The notes below the pieces were generated by a model. The model had not been told where the DNA came from, ran no database searches, and saw only the letters and a program-made list of their open reading frames with translations. This document shows, in pieces, positions 22,799-36,329 of a stretch of DNA of 64,000 bases. Source of the DNA: Narcine bancroftii (taxonomy: Eukaryota). Position numbers and translations under genes: made by a program. Each line of letters starts with the position of its first letter. The first letter of the stretch is position 1. The stretch lies in NCBI RefSeq assembly GCF_036971445.1, contig NC_091471.1:358980001-359044000 (forward strand). Direction: 5' to 3'.

Positions 22799-24084
22799 CA
22801 TTTGTTTGGCACTGTTCCTTGGAGAGGTGGTCCAAATTAAATTAAAATCAATCAAAGCAATTCGAGTGAAACGGAGCTCACAGACGACTTTGTTCGGTCC
22901 CTCATGATCGTGCCACTGTTGTGTGCTCATCTAACTGCTTTGTAGCATTGCTCGTTGACCAGAGCCAGCACAATAAAGATCAAATGCTATTGTTTCTGGG
23001 CGTAGCTGAACTATCTAATCAGTATGAGCCTGATGTGGGAGGCTGATGGGATCAGATCACGATGTGAACAAGATGTGATGATCTGTGCTCCAACCTTGAT
23101 GACTCAACCTGCAAGCTACTGGGAAACAACTGATCACTTAACTCAGGAATTCTGCCCTGAATCCTCAGAAGTCCAGGCCCAAACTGGTTAGGTTTGTGGG
23201 CTGCAACTTGAAGGCTGAGACTATTGATCTTGGAAGCACGAGTTCTGTTTTTATAGTGACAATTGGTACATTTAAATTTAAGTCAGCGAGTGATTTAGAA
23301 ATCAATAATTAGTGATTGTGAAATGTCTGGATTGTTGTTAAAAACCCATCTGGTTTGCTAATATTCTTCATGGAAGGAAATAGGCCATCCTTGCCCAATT
23401 TGGTTGCTACGTGACTCCAGGCCTTGCAAATGTAGTCGTCTCTGAGGAGTTCCCAAGCAGCACCAATTATGAATGGACTATTAACTAAAAATGTCCACAT
23501 CTGCGAATGAACAAATAAAGGTGGCTTGCAGATCATAGCTAAGCAAAATGCAATGAAAGTCAAAAAATCCAGATGCTAGGAATCTGGACCACCCGAGAAT
23601 CTGGACTTCTCAAAATCTCTGGGGTTTTGCGTGCACACATTGAGTGCGTGAGTGCCTAAACACCACAGATGCACAGTGGCAACAAGCGGCCACTCAGAAG
23701 ACACAGAAATGGAAGAACAAATACTTTTTCTACTTTGTATTTTATATGGAAAAAGATCTGTTGATAAGCTATCAAAATTCTCCTTAAATTTGAATTTTAA
23801 AAGTACTGCCCGAGAATCCAGGAAACCTGGAGTGACCCCATCCCCAAGCAGGACTTTTACTGTTCTGGAAACAGAGTGACATTGGAGCATTTTAAAGTAA
23901 ATAATATTACAAGATCAGATTGCATTTTATTACCATATTTAGGACCTGTTATAAAACCAATTGACTCCACATGAAAAATGAAGGTACAGGTACATTATAA
24001 ACATTTAAAGCTTGATATTTACATACAATGAATGACTTTGATCTGATTTTTGTTTCCCTCATCTGTGCATTTTTTAAAAAAAAC

Positions 24085-24612
24085 AAAGAACCATGGGACC
24101 CTGCAGCACAGAAGCTGGCCCTTCAGACTATCTAGTTTGTGCTAAACTAGAATTCATCCCAGTGCAACTGCTGTCCCAGACCATATCCCTCCATACCTCT
24201 TCCATCCATGCACCTGTCCAAATTTTTCGTAAATGTCAAAATCGAGCCCCCATTCATTACTTCAGCTGGCAGCTCGTTCCATATTTTCACCATTTTCTGC
24301 ATGAAGAACCCCCCTCCATGTATTCTTTAAATATTTAATGTTTTGCTCTTAACCCATGTCCTCTCATTCTTGTCTCACCTAGCCTCAGTGGGGAAAAAAA
24401 CCTGCTTGCTTTTACCCTATCTATACCCATCATAATTTCATATATTAAATTTCCTCTCATTCTCTGATGCTCCAGAGAATAAAGTCCTAACCTGTCTAAC
24501 CTTTCCCTGGAATTCAGCTCCTCAAGTCCTGGCAACATCCTAGTAAATTTTCTTTTCTCTCTTTCAATCTTATTGATATCTTTCCTGTGAGTAGGTTACC
24601 AGAACCTCACAT
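24085..24612 (-). mobile_element. CR1 3' fragment
   Basis: MLPGLEELNSRERLDRLGLYSLEHQRMRGNLI..TRMRGHG. Confidence 0.88.
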
Positions 24613-24639
24613 TGATACTGCTGTGAAAACATAACACAG

Positions 24640-25060
24640 AACATTCAGACCATAGAACGTAAGACAGTAGGAGAACGAGGTGGCTGTTTGGGCCCTCAAG
24701 CTTGCTCTGCTATTCAGTAAATCTGCCATCCTCCCCCCCTTCCATGATGGATTCCCCATTGTCCTCATTTCTCTAATCTTTAAAAAAAAACACCCTCTAT
24801 TCTTTTTCAATACATCCAATTATTCACTCTTCGTAACTCTCTGGCAGAGAATTCTAGACCACTCACTGTGGGAAGATGCATCTCAATTTTAAATGATTGC
24901 TTTCATATAACGTAACTATGTCTTGTCATTCAAACATTTCCCATTAGTTGAAACAACCTGGTCTCTACCCTGGCAAACCCCTGAAGGTATTTTTTTTAAA
25001 TCTGTTTCAACAAGTTAATCCTCTCACTTTGAATTCCAAAGAATATAACAGGTCTTGAGA
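24640..25060 (-). mobile_element. Older CR1 3' fragment
   Basis: CATAGAAC..AGTAGGAG..GGCCCTCAAGCTTGCTCTGCTATTCA tail motif. Confidence 0.6.
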
Positions 25061-26096
25061 AACCACCCCATCAGTCTCATTTCCTTCGTTATTATTCTCT
25101 CCCTGCGTGGCATCTCTCAGACATGCACTGATTCTTGATGCCATTAACCTGTGCTAAAGGCAGTTTGCGGTAGTAGTTTAATTTACCAGCATAGCCTTGG
25201 GGTTGGGATGTGGGAGGAAACAAGAGCCCCCCCACCCTTCCACCAGAAGGAAATTCCATGAGGTACGGATCAAACCTGAGTCTCTGGAGCTGAAAGGCAG
25301 CAGCTCTAACATATGTGAAAGGAAATTAACAGCCTAGCTAGGGAGAGAGACTTTTGCCTACCCAGCAAACACAATGGATGTTATAAGCATCTGAGCAGCT
25401 TTGTGTCCATTGAAGCCCACCAAACTGAATGTGCCAGCTCTTCTGTCCTGCCACACTGACTGGTGTTGAGAGGTGTTTCAAACTTCCTCACGCCTTCATG
25501 TTCTCATGCTGTGACGTCCTTTGAAGAATTTGAGTCTTAAAGTAGAGAAAAGTGAAGAACATTCCATTGTATATATTGATGATTCAGCAAGGGTAAAGCT
25601 AATTGTGAAGAACAACTCTATATTTGGCAAAGACAGTAAAAGACTATTAACTATTGAGTAAGACACGACCTGGTATATAAAAAAAATCCTACAAAATATA
25701 AACTTGATGGAAAAGACTGAATATTCTGGAAAGCTGGAAGTTTTCTGCAAAAATGGGCAATTTGTGAGCCATGTAGCAGGCTCCCTAGTGGTGAGACTAG
25801 CTGTTTGTGGCAGTGGTTTTTGCAGTAACAAAGTTCTCATGCTTTGCAAAGCAACAATAAATTTGTAACCTTTTGTGAGTTTGTTTGTCAAGAAATCTCA
25901 GGGCCACTTTCACACATTCACTGAGTCAGGATCTTGACTTGAATCATCATCCTTTAACAGATGTTGCTCGCCCTACTCCATTCTTCCACTCAGGATCCAA
26001 GACCCTTGTGTGTCCATTTGTTCACCAAGACTGATGCAGCACAAGAGGTCAGAACCCATCCAAGTAAACATCATTTGCTGGCAAAAAAGGCAAATA

Positions 26097-26478
26097 CGGT
26101 AAAACCCCTGTAAATTTAAGCAATCACAGCCTCAAGCACTTGGCAAAATAAATTGCAGAAAATAAATAGATAACAAATACAAAAATTTAAAGTTGGCATG
26201 CCTCCTTGTTACTTTGCCAATCATACCACACACAACCTCAAGCAACTGGAAAATACACATCCACGCAGAGACCCTTCTGTCATTTGAGTGAAGGTTGGAT
26301 GTGTACATGGAGGTGAGGGGGTTTGAGGGTTATTGGCGGTGAGCGGGAGGTTTGAGCTAATGGAGTTGTTCTAGTGAACCAGTGCGGACTTGAAAGGTTG
26401 ACATGACCTGTTTCCGCTCCGTAAATGGTTATATGGTTATATGGTCTACCAATCCCCAGACACCAGGGGTTTTATTTT
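26097..26478. mobile_element. Tigger/pogo-type MITE with a nested CR1 3' end (~26263-26444, + strand, GGTTATAT tail)
   Basis: TA|CGGTAAAACCCCTG...CCAGGGGTTTTA; the internal segment ends GGTTATATGGTTATATGG. Confidence 0.75.
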
Positions 26479-27804
26479 TAGTTAATTTTAGTATTGACAT
26501 AAATTAGTAGCAATGATTTAATTTAATTTTCAATCAGTGAATGTGCTTTTAATGTATGACATGTTAAAAAAATCAATATTTAACAATATTTTTATTTTTC
26601 AATATGTCCAAAATGATACGGACTGGGAAAGTCAAAATCCAACAGTAATACCGAAGCTTTTAATATTGAGAATGAGGGCATTGGAGCAGGGTGTTGGTGT
26701 CTGGGACCATGGCAAAGCCATCAGTGATGTGGGGGCAGTGGAAGACTTACCCTCATTACGTGGGAGGTGACCTCAATGAATGACTGCTCTTCACCCACAT
26801 GTTTAATACTGGTGACTATTGCCATGAGGCAAAAGGTTTCAGGCTTTCCACCATTTCTGTGAAGGATGAGAAATAACAAAAGAACGGAGTATGGTTTCTA
26901 AAGCAAATATCTGTCACAGAGTGTGGAGGTGGGAAGATGTGGGAGGGACGACTTGTTACAAAGCTTTTTATCACCGTGTGGACTCATGGAATTGAGCCGA
27001 GGGCTCCAGCAGTTCCCGTCGCCATCCTTTTGTCTCCCAGCCTCAGCCTACGTACATGATAAAGAGGGGTCAGAAGCAGTGCACTTATTGAAAGCCAGTT
27101 CTCCTGCACAGGAAATAAGGCTGCCTCACGCTACACTGTGGCTACATTGAATAACACTCAATCATTCCCCTTTGCCCCTTGGGTAACGATTAGTTTTTTT
27201 ATTGGTGACAGCTTCTGAATGCCAATAAATTTCTGCAAATGGAAAGGGAAAGAACCCCTGTATTAAATTACAATATGTAGGAACAGGATGTCTGGTGCCA
27301 TCAGCAGTCTTTTCAATGTCACATTCAATAAATCCTCCCACTGTGTTCAGCTGGGTTTCACATTTTAGCAGGTGATGGTCTTTTCTGAAGGTTCTCAGAC
27401 CCTGCACTCTTCTGCTGGACCATCACTCCTGTTGACAATGACCGGCGCTGTCTATTGTCCCAGCCTGGAACACTAGGGCTCTCATAAAGACTTGGGTCTT
27501 GTTGAATCCTAAATAACTCAATAAACATTGCAGAAAAGATTTGGAAAATACACTTGTTCAAGTCTTTGATCTTTATTTCAATCAAAACAGCTTATAAGTA
27601 GTTTTGGCTAGTTTTATCAATGAATTTCTATCCCTTTAAAAATGGATAATGGAGATTCTGTAGTTTCAACAGTTGATTTCATACAGGATGGCTCGAAATT
27701 GAGTTGTAGGAATCTGAACACGGGGATAAATCTGCTCTCTTAATGGTCACAGCAGCTCACACTGCAGCTCATTCACAGTAGGTGGAGTGAACTTTGTTTC
27801 TTTC

Positions 27805-28106
27805 AGAAAAAACCCAAAAGTCTGCTGATGCATTAGTTGAAGTAAAAGCACAGAGCTGGAGAAAATCAGCAGGTCAAACAGTGTCCTTCACGTAGGAAAG
27901 ATAAAGATGCATAACCAATGTTTCAGGCTTGAGCCCTTCGACAAGGTATGAGCCTTGATGAAGGCCTCAAACCCGAAATGTTGGCTATGTTGGCTCATAC
28001 CTTGATGAAGGGCTCAAGCCTGAAACATTGGTTATGTTTATGCATCTTTGCCATATAAAGTACTGTGTTTGACCTGCTGAGTTTCTCCAGTATTGTGTTT
28101 TTACTG
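27805..28106. mobile_element. Penelope pseudo-LTR fold-back element with three hammerhead-like cores
   Basis: Long inverted arms meeting at CAAGGTATGAGCC / GGCTCATACCTTG; TTGATGA-stem-GAAA motifs. Confidence 0.75.
27951..28035 (+). ncRNA. Two tandem minimal hammerhead-ribozyme-like motifs (degenerate)
   Basis: AGCC-TTGATGA-AGGCCTCAAACCC-GAAA-TGTT-GGCT and ATACC-TTGATGA-AGGGCTCAAGCCT-GAAA-CATT-GGTTAT; the core has U in place of C3. Confidence 0.45.
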
Positions 28107-28519
28107 TTTCTTTTTAGTTCATTGCACCTTAATAGATGCAGAAATTTTTAAGCAAATCAACTTATCACATCCTCGGCTCCTTTTAGCACCAATGAAAGGT
28201 TTCAACCTCTGAATGTTGATTAGTTTTTAATGTCCTTAAAGCTTTTCTGTTCGAATGCATTGTTACCATGACAACCTCCCAGGTTAAAGCCTGTGAGATT
28301 ATTGTATTTTTGCACTATTAACTTTTATTTCATTTGATTTTTCTTTTGTTATCTATGTTTGTGCAATACGTATTAAACTATTTTTCAATACGTTTTATAA
28401 TTTGCTTCCTGTGATTTTTTAGATTCTCCTCAAAGTCCAAATAGTTTCCTTGCCTTCTTTGCTAACACTTTCCGAATAGGCAAGCTAGCCTCATGCCACC
28501 AATGAAAGGGGTTCAACCT

Positions 28520-28740
28520 GACCTTGGATGCTGTCTGTGAGCAGTTTGCAAGTCCTTCCGGTCACAATGGAAATTTTCTCCAGCTGCTCTAGCTTCCACC
28601 TACATCCCAAAGGTGTTCAGGTTGGCAGGTTAACTGTAAATAAGTGGATGCATATGGGGAAAATACAATTGGGTTAGTGTGGGATAGTGTAAATTTGGTG
28701 GTTGATGGTCAGTACAGACTTGATGGGCCAAAGGTCCTAT
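28520..28740 (+). mobile_element. Degraded V-SINE-like element
   Basis: GCTGTCTGTGAGCAGTTTGCA..CATCCCAAAG..GATGGGCCAAAGG. Confidence 0.6.
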
Positions 28741-29415
28741 GGCTTTGCAATTGCAAGTGTTTTCTTCATTGTCCTTAGTGTACAACTTTATCTTTAGTTT
28801 CAATTACAAAATTAATTTCCTCACTCATTGAAAACATGTTAAATGTTAAATGAAAGCAGAAAATCATGGAGAAAAAAATAACTTGTCGAATCGGTCAGGA
28901 TCTATGGAAGGAGAAGCAAGATAAATGTTTCAGATTGGAGACCCTTCTGATTTTATTTCTCTTTCCATAGTTGCTGCCTGATTTGCTAAGTGTTTTCACC
29001 ATTCCTTATTTTTATTTCAGATTTTAAGACCAGGTTTTCTTTGAAAAATATCATCTACTGCCTGGAATATATTCTCTGAAAGCTCATGGAATGTGGAATA
29101 TGAATATTCAAACGGAATAATGTTGATATAGAATACATTCTCTAAAAGCTCGTGACCTTAATGTTCAACATTTGCCATTGGTGTTTTATTTCTATTCTCC
29201 CCCACCCATTAAACAAATGAAGCAGTCCCTGCCAGTGTAGCAAGACCTGGGCAACATTTAGACATGGGCTGGTAAGGAGTGGACAATTTGGACACCACAA
29301 AAGAACAAGGCAATGATGGTCACCACAAAGGGAAACTAATCACCCAATGTCTGAGATTCACTGAGTCCCTTAACATCCACAATTTGATTATTAGTTCAAC
29401 TTGACCAGCCGCATA

Positions 29416-29633
29416 CAGCCAGTCCCCGGGTTACGAACGACCGGGTTACGAATGACTGGGCTGTTCCCCAATTTGCACATGGTATCCCTAATTGTCACAT
29501 GCATAAATTGGGGCATAATGTTACCTCACGAACGCTAAATAAGAGCCGTAAGTACCTGTTCTGCCTTACGTACAAATTTGCCTTTTGGACAAATCCAGGT
29601 AATGGAACTCCTTTGTAACCTGGTGACTGTCTG
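29416..29633. mobile_element. Tigger-like MITE (second family) inserted in an old CR1/L2-clade LINE
   Basis: TA|CAGCCAGTCCCCGGGTTACGAA...TTTGTAACCTGGTGACTGTCTG|TA. Confidence 0.82.
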
Positions 29634-29927
29634 TACATACCATGATGACAAGAAGAGGACAGAGGCTGGCCGTCTCCCTTTCGGAAATGCCGAGGCCCTT
29701 CCATCATTTATAAGGCACGCCAGGGCTTTGATCGAATGCTCCCTACCTGTCTGTCTGACTGCAGCTCCAACAACTCTCAAGAAACTCTCAAGCAATCCAT
29801 TTAAGTAGCACCTTGTCAACCAGCCTGAACATTCCTTCCCTCCACTATGAGTGGATGTTTGACTATGGCATGCACCATCGAATAAATACACTGCAGTTAC
29901 TCACCCAGGACACTACAATACACTTTG

Positions 29928-30422
29928 AACCATAGAATCATAGGACCTTACAGCACAGTAAACAGGTCCTTTGGCCCTTGTAGTCTGTGCAAAATTATTT
30001 TTTTGCCTAGTCCTATTGACCTGCACCCATTCCATTTCCCTCTATACCCCATCTAGCCATTGACCTAGCTAAATATTTCTCAAATATCAAAATTGATCTC
30101 GCATTTACCACTTCAGCTGGCAGAAGTATATCACAAAATTTTGTAGACTCCATGTTGAAGTCAAAATACAAAATGCTGAAGAAGGTAGTTCCACACTCCC
30201 AATACTCTCTGTGAAGAAGTTCTCCCTCAGAACTTCTTTCACTCTTAACCCACGACCTCTGGTTTATATCTCACATGACCTGAGTGTCCTGCATTTACTC
30301 TACCTATACCCCTCATAATTTTGTAAACCTCTATCAAATCTCCCCTCATTCTTCTATGCTCCAGGGAATAAAGTCCTAACCTGTTTTACCTTTCCCTACA
30401 ACTCAGTTCCTGAAATCCCAAA
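29928..30422 (-). mobile_element. CR1 3' fragment
   Basis: CATAGAATCATAG tail; CTCTATCAAATCTCCCCTCATTCTTCT (RRMRGDLIE on the minus strand). Confidence 0.85.
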
Positions 30423-31091
30423 CTCGTGACCTCAAGAAGGGCGTCAGCTGCATTGAAACACCACCTTCTGCAGATTCCCTCTGAGCCATACACCATCCGG
30501 ACCTGGAGATATATTATTGGTCTTCAGTCATGATGAGGTCGAAATCTTCAAATGTTCTTCTCAGTGTTACTGTGAAAGACCTCCACAGGAAGAAATGCAA
30601 GTGGTTCAAGTAGGCAGTTTATCAAGGGCAAATAGGAAAGGCCACTAAATGGGGAATGACATCCTTGATGGCTTTACGAATGACACCATGGGAAGTTACA
30701 AACTGATGTTCGCCCATTCTATTGTCAGCCTATGAAAATTAATTATTTGTGTACAATATTTGACCTTTTTTGCTCCGAATGTTACTCATGTCCTTATTGG
30801 TCTGTCTTTGCCTTCCAGTAACTGGAAGAGAAACCCGACACAGCAAGTCACAGAAACACAGATAAGAATAGGTATGTGAAACTGACTTTGGCCATCGGTG
30901 TGCTTGAGATTCTGGGAGTGATGCTTATCATTCCATCCAGCCTGAGGAAGTGGTCAATTCGAAGGCCAGACCTGTCTCAGTGCAAGACAAGTTATCCTGG
31001 ACCAAGGGTAACTGATTGCAGAACCTCTTGAAACAACAACTCACAGTTCCACATCCTTTCATTTGATCTTACACCAGGTAGGGGTTGTAAG

Positions 31092-31278
31092 CACAGTGCT
31101 GGAGAAACTCAGCTGGTCAATAGCAAAGATGAGATACATTACCAACATTTCTGGCTTGAGTCCTTCATCAAACTATGAAGGTTATCTTTGCTATATAAAG
31201 TACACTGATTAATCAGCTGAGTTTCTCCAGCATTGTGTTTTTCTTCAACTACGGTGTCTGCAGACCGGTGTTTTGCTT
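31092..31278. mobile_element. Penelope pseudo-LTR fold-back element
   Basis: GCTGGAGAAACTCAGCTG...CAGCTGAGTTTCTCCAGC inverted arms. Confidence 0.7.
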
Positions 31279-32421
31279 CCAGATAGGAATTACGTGAGTG
31301 CATTTTTTAATTTCTCTCTTGTAGGTTACCTGCATGTTAGCTCTGGAAGATTTGGAGAAAACCATTGACCTCAATAAATGATCTTTGAATTTTACCAACT
31401 GCTGGGTGAAAAGAAACAATATTCTTTTGGTCTTCCTTCACCTGTCAGTCAAGGATGATGCACCAGTTTAAATACTCCACATGCCACTCCTCCGGAATAA
31501 TGAATGATACAATTCAATGCCAGAGGGATTTGTATGTAATGTGATGGGCTATATGCTGAGGATTCTCGAGCAGAGTCAGAAAGATGATCAGGTTACCAGC
31601 CATATATTCTGTTAATGCTGAAATAATTGACCGTGCTTGGAAGTCGGGTTTTGTAGAGTTTCAGTTCTGCTTGAACACATAAATATACAGTGACGTTTTA
31701 CCCTTTCAGGAAATAAGGCAGTGTTGTATTTTAATAAGACTCTGCGCAAGTTGAGTCTGAGAGGTGAAATGCGCTGAATTCTCCACTGTTCAACGAATGA
31801 AAAACATGAAACTGTAAGCAGTAAGTATTCTGCCAGAGATTGTGCATCTGTGAGTTTCCTCTTCAGTACATTCATTAGCGAGGTCAATGCGTGTCACCCT
31901 CTAATTCAACCCAAAATTACGTATGGCTGGTGTTAGGGCTACCGGATACAGCCTTTCAAAGAGCCACTTGCTTGGGATAGATCAGCATAATTTATTGCCT
32001 CACAGAGCAGGGGCTCACTGCTTGTTGCCATGCAAGTCTTTAGAGAGAAGCCGGACCCTTTTTTTTACACAGCACTGATGTGAATATGAGCCAAACACCT
32101 GCAAGAGAATGAGTAGGAAGTAGTGAGACGGACAGCAAATGACAAACAGACTAGGCCAGGAACTCAGCTAAACCCTGTTCTCTGCTCAAGCTGAAGAGAG
32201 GAAAGGAAAATCAGATGGCAGTAACTCTAGCCTAGGAGATCAGATTCACTGATGATTTTTTTTTAACCAATTGTACTGACAGAAAAGAAATATGTTGCCC
32301 AGAGGCCTGCTTTTATTAACATTTGTAAGCATATGAACCACAAATTGACAGCAGGACATTTTCACAAGTTTTCCTTTTTAATTTCATTTAAACTTTCTGT
32401 GAAATGACCACATCAAACATG

Positions 32422-32934
32422 GTAAAAGCACACATAAATATTGGAGGAACTCAGCTGGACTCGCAGCATCCATAGGAAGTAAAGATATATTACTGACATT
32501 TCAGGCTTGTCCCTTTCTTCAAGGAATATGCTAAGAACAGAAAGACGTAAGACTGAAGACTGGCTGGGGGGGTGAGAGTCCAGACTCACGAAAGGTGTTA
32601 ATTGCACTCGCAGATTGGAGGAACAACACCTTATCTTCCATCTGGGCACCCTCCAACCAGATGGCGCTAACGTAGACTTCTCTGGTTTCCATTAACCCCC
32701 CCCCCCACCCCAATTCCTCCCTTTCTTCTTCCATTGCCTTTCCCCAAGGTCTCTCTCTCTCTCTTTTCCCTCTATCTCCTTTCACTGAGTAAAATCAATT
32801 CTTATCATATCCAATTAACATCTTTTGTTGGTCTGCACTCCTCCCCCAGGCCGGCATTTCATTCTCTGTATTCTGACACCCTCCTGTTCTTTGCTTATTC
32901 TTTGAAGAAGGGGTCAGCCCCAAAATGTCAGTAA
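32422..32934. mobile_element. Penelope-like element fragment (inverted pseudo-LTR plus ORF 3' end)
   Basis: RLEEQHLIFHLGTLQPDGANVDFSGF (GIY-YIG C-terminus) on +; pseudo-LTR motifs on both sides in opposite orientation. Confidence 0.8.
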
Positions 32935-33709
32935 CCAAATATGGTGGAGGGTTGTTTTATGCCCCTATGTCTCTGTTTAACATTAATTACTAATATTTCT
33001 CTCTCCTTACACCCTCAGAGCATAAAATAACCCCAACCAGAACAATCACCAAAAAACTTCCTTAATCAAACTCCTCCCAATAACTTGCATTTATCTAGCA
33101 CCCTTCATTGAGCCTGCCATCCCAACCACTCCACAGGGGTGTGCTAAAATGCATGGAAGTCCACCATGGCAATCTAACCAGAGAGATTGAAAACTCAGGG
33201 ATCCTGCTTCATTAAAAGCTGAAATGAATTCTGGATTCACGGTCTCCACTCTGTGTTGGATAAAACATTCCCACAAGCTGCAACACCAATGGTAATATCC
33301 CTCTGCTCAAGTCACCGGGTTAAACTTCTTCCCCCATCAACACCATCCACAGGCTGTGACCTTGGCTCCTTTGTGATTCTCAACCCATTCTGTTCAGGTT
33401 TGCATCTCGTAGTAGAATAGTTATCTTTGTGTTTAATACTGTGTGGAATAAAGAATATCCAGTATGAAGCAGGCTGCTGAGGAGAAGCTGGTACTGAAAG
33501 TGTTAACATCAGCCCTGGAGCCTATGAGCTTTCCCTCACATGTAAAGCCTCACTGAGGGTCTAATAGCCATGAGCTAAACATCAAGTCAGGCCTGCTCTC
33601 AAATCCTGGACATCACAAAACTTATTAATGGCAGGAGGAAGTGCTTGAGGTTGGCTTTACCAGGATGGATTATTTTCTTCCCCTGTGCTTCAAACTTTGA
33701 TTCATTTTT

Positions 33710-33965
33710 TAAAAAATTTAGAGATACAGCATGGTAACAGGTCATTTCAGCGCATGAACCTGTGCTGCTCACTTACACCTAATTGACCTACAACTTCCGG
33801 AATGTTTTTTGAAGGGTGGGAGAAAACTGGAGAACCTGGAGGAAACCCGTGCAGACAGGAGAAGAATGTATAAACTCCTTACAGACAGGGTGGGATTCGA
33901 ACCCAAGACCTGGTCACCGGTGCTGTAACAGGATTGCGCTAAGAGCTACAAGAACTGTGCAGCCC
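33710..33965 (-). mobile_element. tRNA-derived SINE (HE1/V-SINE-like)
   Basis: GGGATTCGAACCC B-box on the minus strand; conserved central domain. Confidence 0.8.
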
Positions 33966-35439
33966 CTTTTCAAGCTCTTTTCAACTTTGTGCAGTGAACT
34001 GATATACAGCTGTTTCCCATAATCTCCTTCACTGAGATTCAGATGGAAATGAAAATAGGAAAGATTGAAAGCCACCTGTCGCTACACTATTGTCTAATTT
34101 ATATCGCAACATAAAACCAAGTTTTGCCCAGCGTCTCTAACCTGTTCAGCTATTTGAGCATCAGAATGGCTAATTCTTCTCTGTACGTGCATGTTTGCCT
34201 GAACACATCTGGTGAGTGTTACTGTTAGTCAAGGTGCCTCTTCTCTGCATTGTTGTGGCTCCCTTCCTCTCTCTTACCCTTAATGACCCTGGCAACTGTA
34301 CACAAGCTGTGAACAGATGAGCAATCCTACTGCAACAGTCTGCTTTATTCCAGAATTGAAGCGCCATCTTCTACCTCCACTAAAACCCAGCCACTTATAG
34401 AAAGCATCCTTCTTTCCCCACTTTTCCCAAGCAGGAGGGGATGGTTATCACCAGCTTGTACTGGATTGGGGAAGGCTGTTTGCTCTCCATTCTGCACTGG
34501 CTTGACGTTGAGCTGAAAATTTTTGCTTCGGACATTGAAAGTCAACACAGAGACCAGGGAATTACTTGTGATGTTTAAGAGAGTCAAAATCACAGTGCCT
34601 TAAAGGGTAGACACCTCATCACATCTAAAAATAATCTGCTTTTATATTATAGAGCTGTAATCCATGGGTCTGTGAATCTGATGCTGGGAAATGGGCCAAG
34701 ATTATAGGGTCCAGCATGTACCAATGGAACAGAAGAAATAATTCCAGAATCTTCTCAAACCCTCCTTGGGAAAAGAAAAATCAGCATCCCTAGTGGCTTC
34801 TGGGAATCCTTGTCCAAAACAGAGAAGGGGCATTCAGGGTGGTATTGAGAACATCGAGTCTATCACTGGGAGTTTAATGTGAATGGGGGACAGAGTGCAC
34901 CCTCCTCACAAATTACCCGCCTATACGTCTGCAATGTCGTCCCCATTTGCAGTACAGACCATTTCTTCCACAGTGGCCTCATCAATCACCTCAGCACCCA
35001 TTGAACTGAAGAGAAGCTTGTCTTCCAAAGGACTATCAAAACAGAAGATAGCTTGGTAACTCCTCTGCAATATGCACAGACATGACATGCCCATTGTCCT
35101 CCTGGGTCGAAAATGTTCCAGGATTCTATGATTCCCTTGAAATCCAAAAATTCACCATTCCACTGGATATCCCAAGTCCTTTGTGGTCAGAGCTCTTATG
35201 ACAAAATGATAGCTTGACACAGTTCTCGTTCATTTAAGATGAAGTTCATGACAGAAGAATGATCTGGGGAGGGAATATATTATTTGTAATTCAATATTAG
35301 TTGTCACAGGAACAGAGGAGCAAGCCAAACCAACAACATTTCTAACCTGTTAGAAAGCAAGAAGGGATTCTCAAAAGCATTGCTGATACAAGGAGTTCAG
35401 AGTTGCTCCTCTCTGAGCTGCACAATGGAAGATTGGACC

Positions 35440-35690
35440 TGGCTGGTTAGCATAGCGGTTAGCAAAACATTATTACAGTGCCAGTGACCCGGGTTCAAAT
35501 CTGGCACTATCTGTATGGAGTTTGCATGTTATCCCCATGTTCCTGGAGTTTCCCTTCGGTGCTCCAGTTTCAAAACACACAGGATTTATAGGTAAATTGA
35601 TGTGTTTCGGTGGGCTGGATGGGCCTGTTTCCATGCTGTATATCTAAATTTAAAAATTTCAATTTGAAATTTAATTTCAATTTAAAAAGA
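35440..35690 (+). mobile_element. tRNA-derived SINE (HE1/V-SINE-like)
   Basis: TAGCATAGCGG A-box, GGTTCAAATCT B-box, AT-rich tail. Confidence 0.82.
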
Positions 35691-36329
35691 AATTTACTGA
35701 TGAATTGCTCAATATTATTGATTTGGTTAAGTGACATAAGGTGAAGAAAATTATTTACATACACCAAAAATCAACGTCATTTTAAAAGAGCTCCTTCTGA
35801 ACAGCCTTCAGCACAAAACTTTGAAACTATTAATGAAAAAAAGGGAATGTGAGGATTAAATGAAATATTTCAGAATAAGTTATTGCCTGACAGAGAACTG
35901 TTTCTGGCCATTTCAGAAATATTTACATCAATAAGTCTAGGGAGCGCATTTGTTCACTGTGTACATACACATTTCAACAGCCTTCTCTTCTTCAGATGAC
36001 AACAGGTTTAAGTGCCAATTTTATTTACAAAGGTCATGTGGAGGTCGTGGGAATTGAGTTCAACCCAGCTGTCAATTTAACATTCAGCCCCTGCTGAGTG
36101 GGATGCAGTTCCCTCCGAAATGTTGGAAGGCTGTGGAGAGAATGATGCAACTCTATCACTTGTGAATGTTAAATGATTTGTCTGGATTGAGTCAAAGGCT
36201 TCTAGCATGCATCAGGCATTCTGAAAGCTCCTGACAGGCTTGTCCATTTGGACCTAGACCTGCCCGAGAGCCCAAAGGAGTAACGAGCAGTGATTTGGCA
36301 CTCTGCCTTAAATTTTAAATGAAATCATA

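Noticed and set aside
25496-25891. 131-aa minus-strand ORF
   Set aside because: Non-ATG start, no recognisable domain, no supporting splice structure
32654-32670. CTCF-like CAACCAGATGGCGCT
   Set aside because: Lies in Penelope coding remnant (LQPDGA) and is explained by the element sequence
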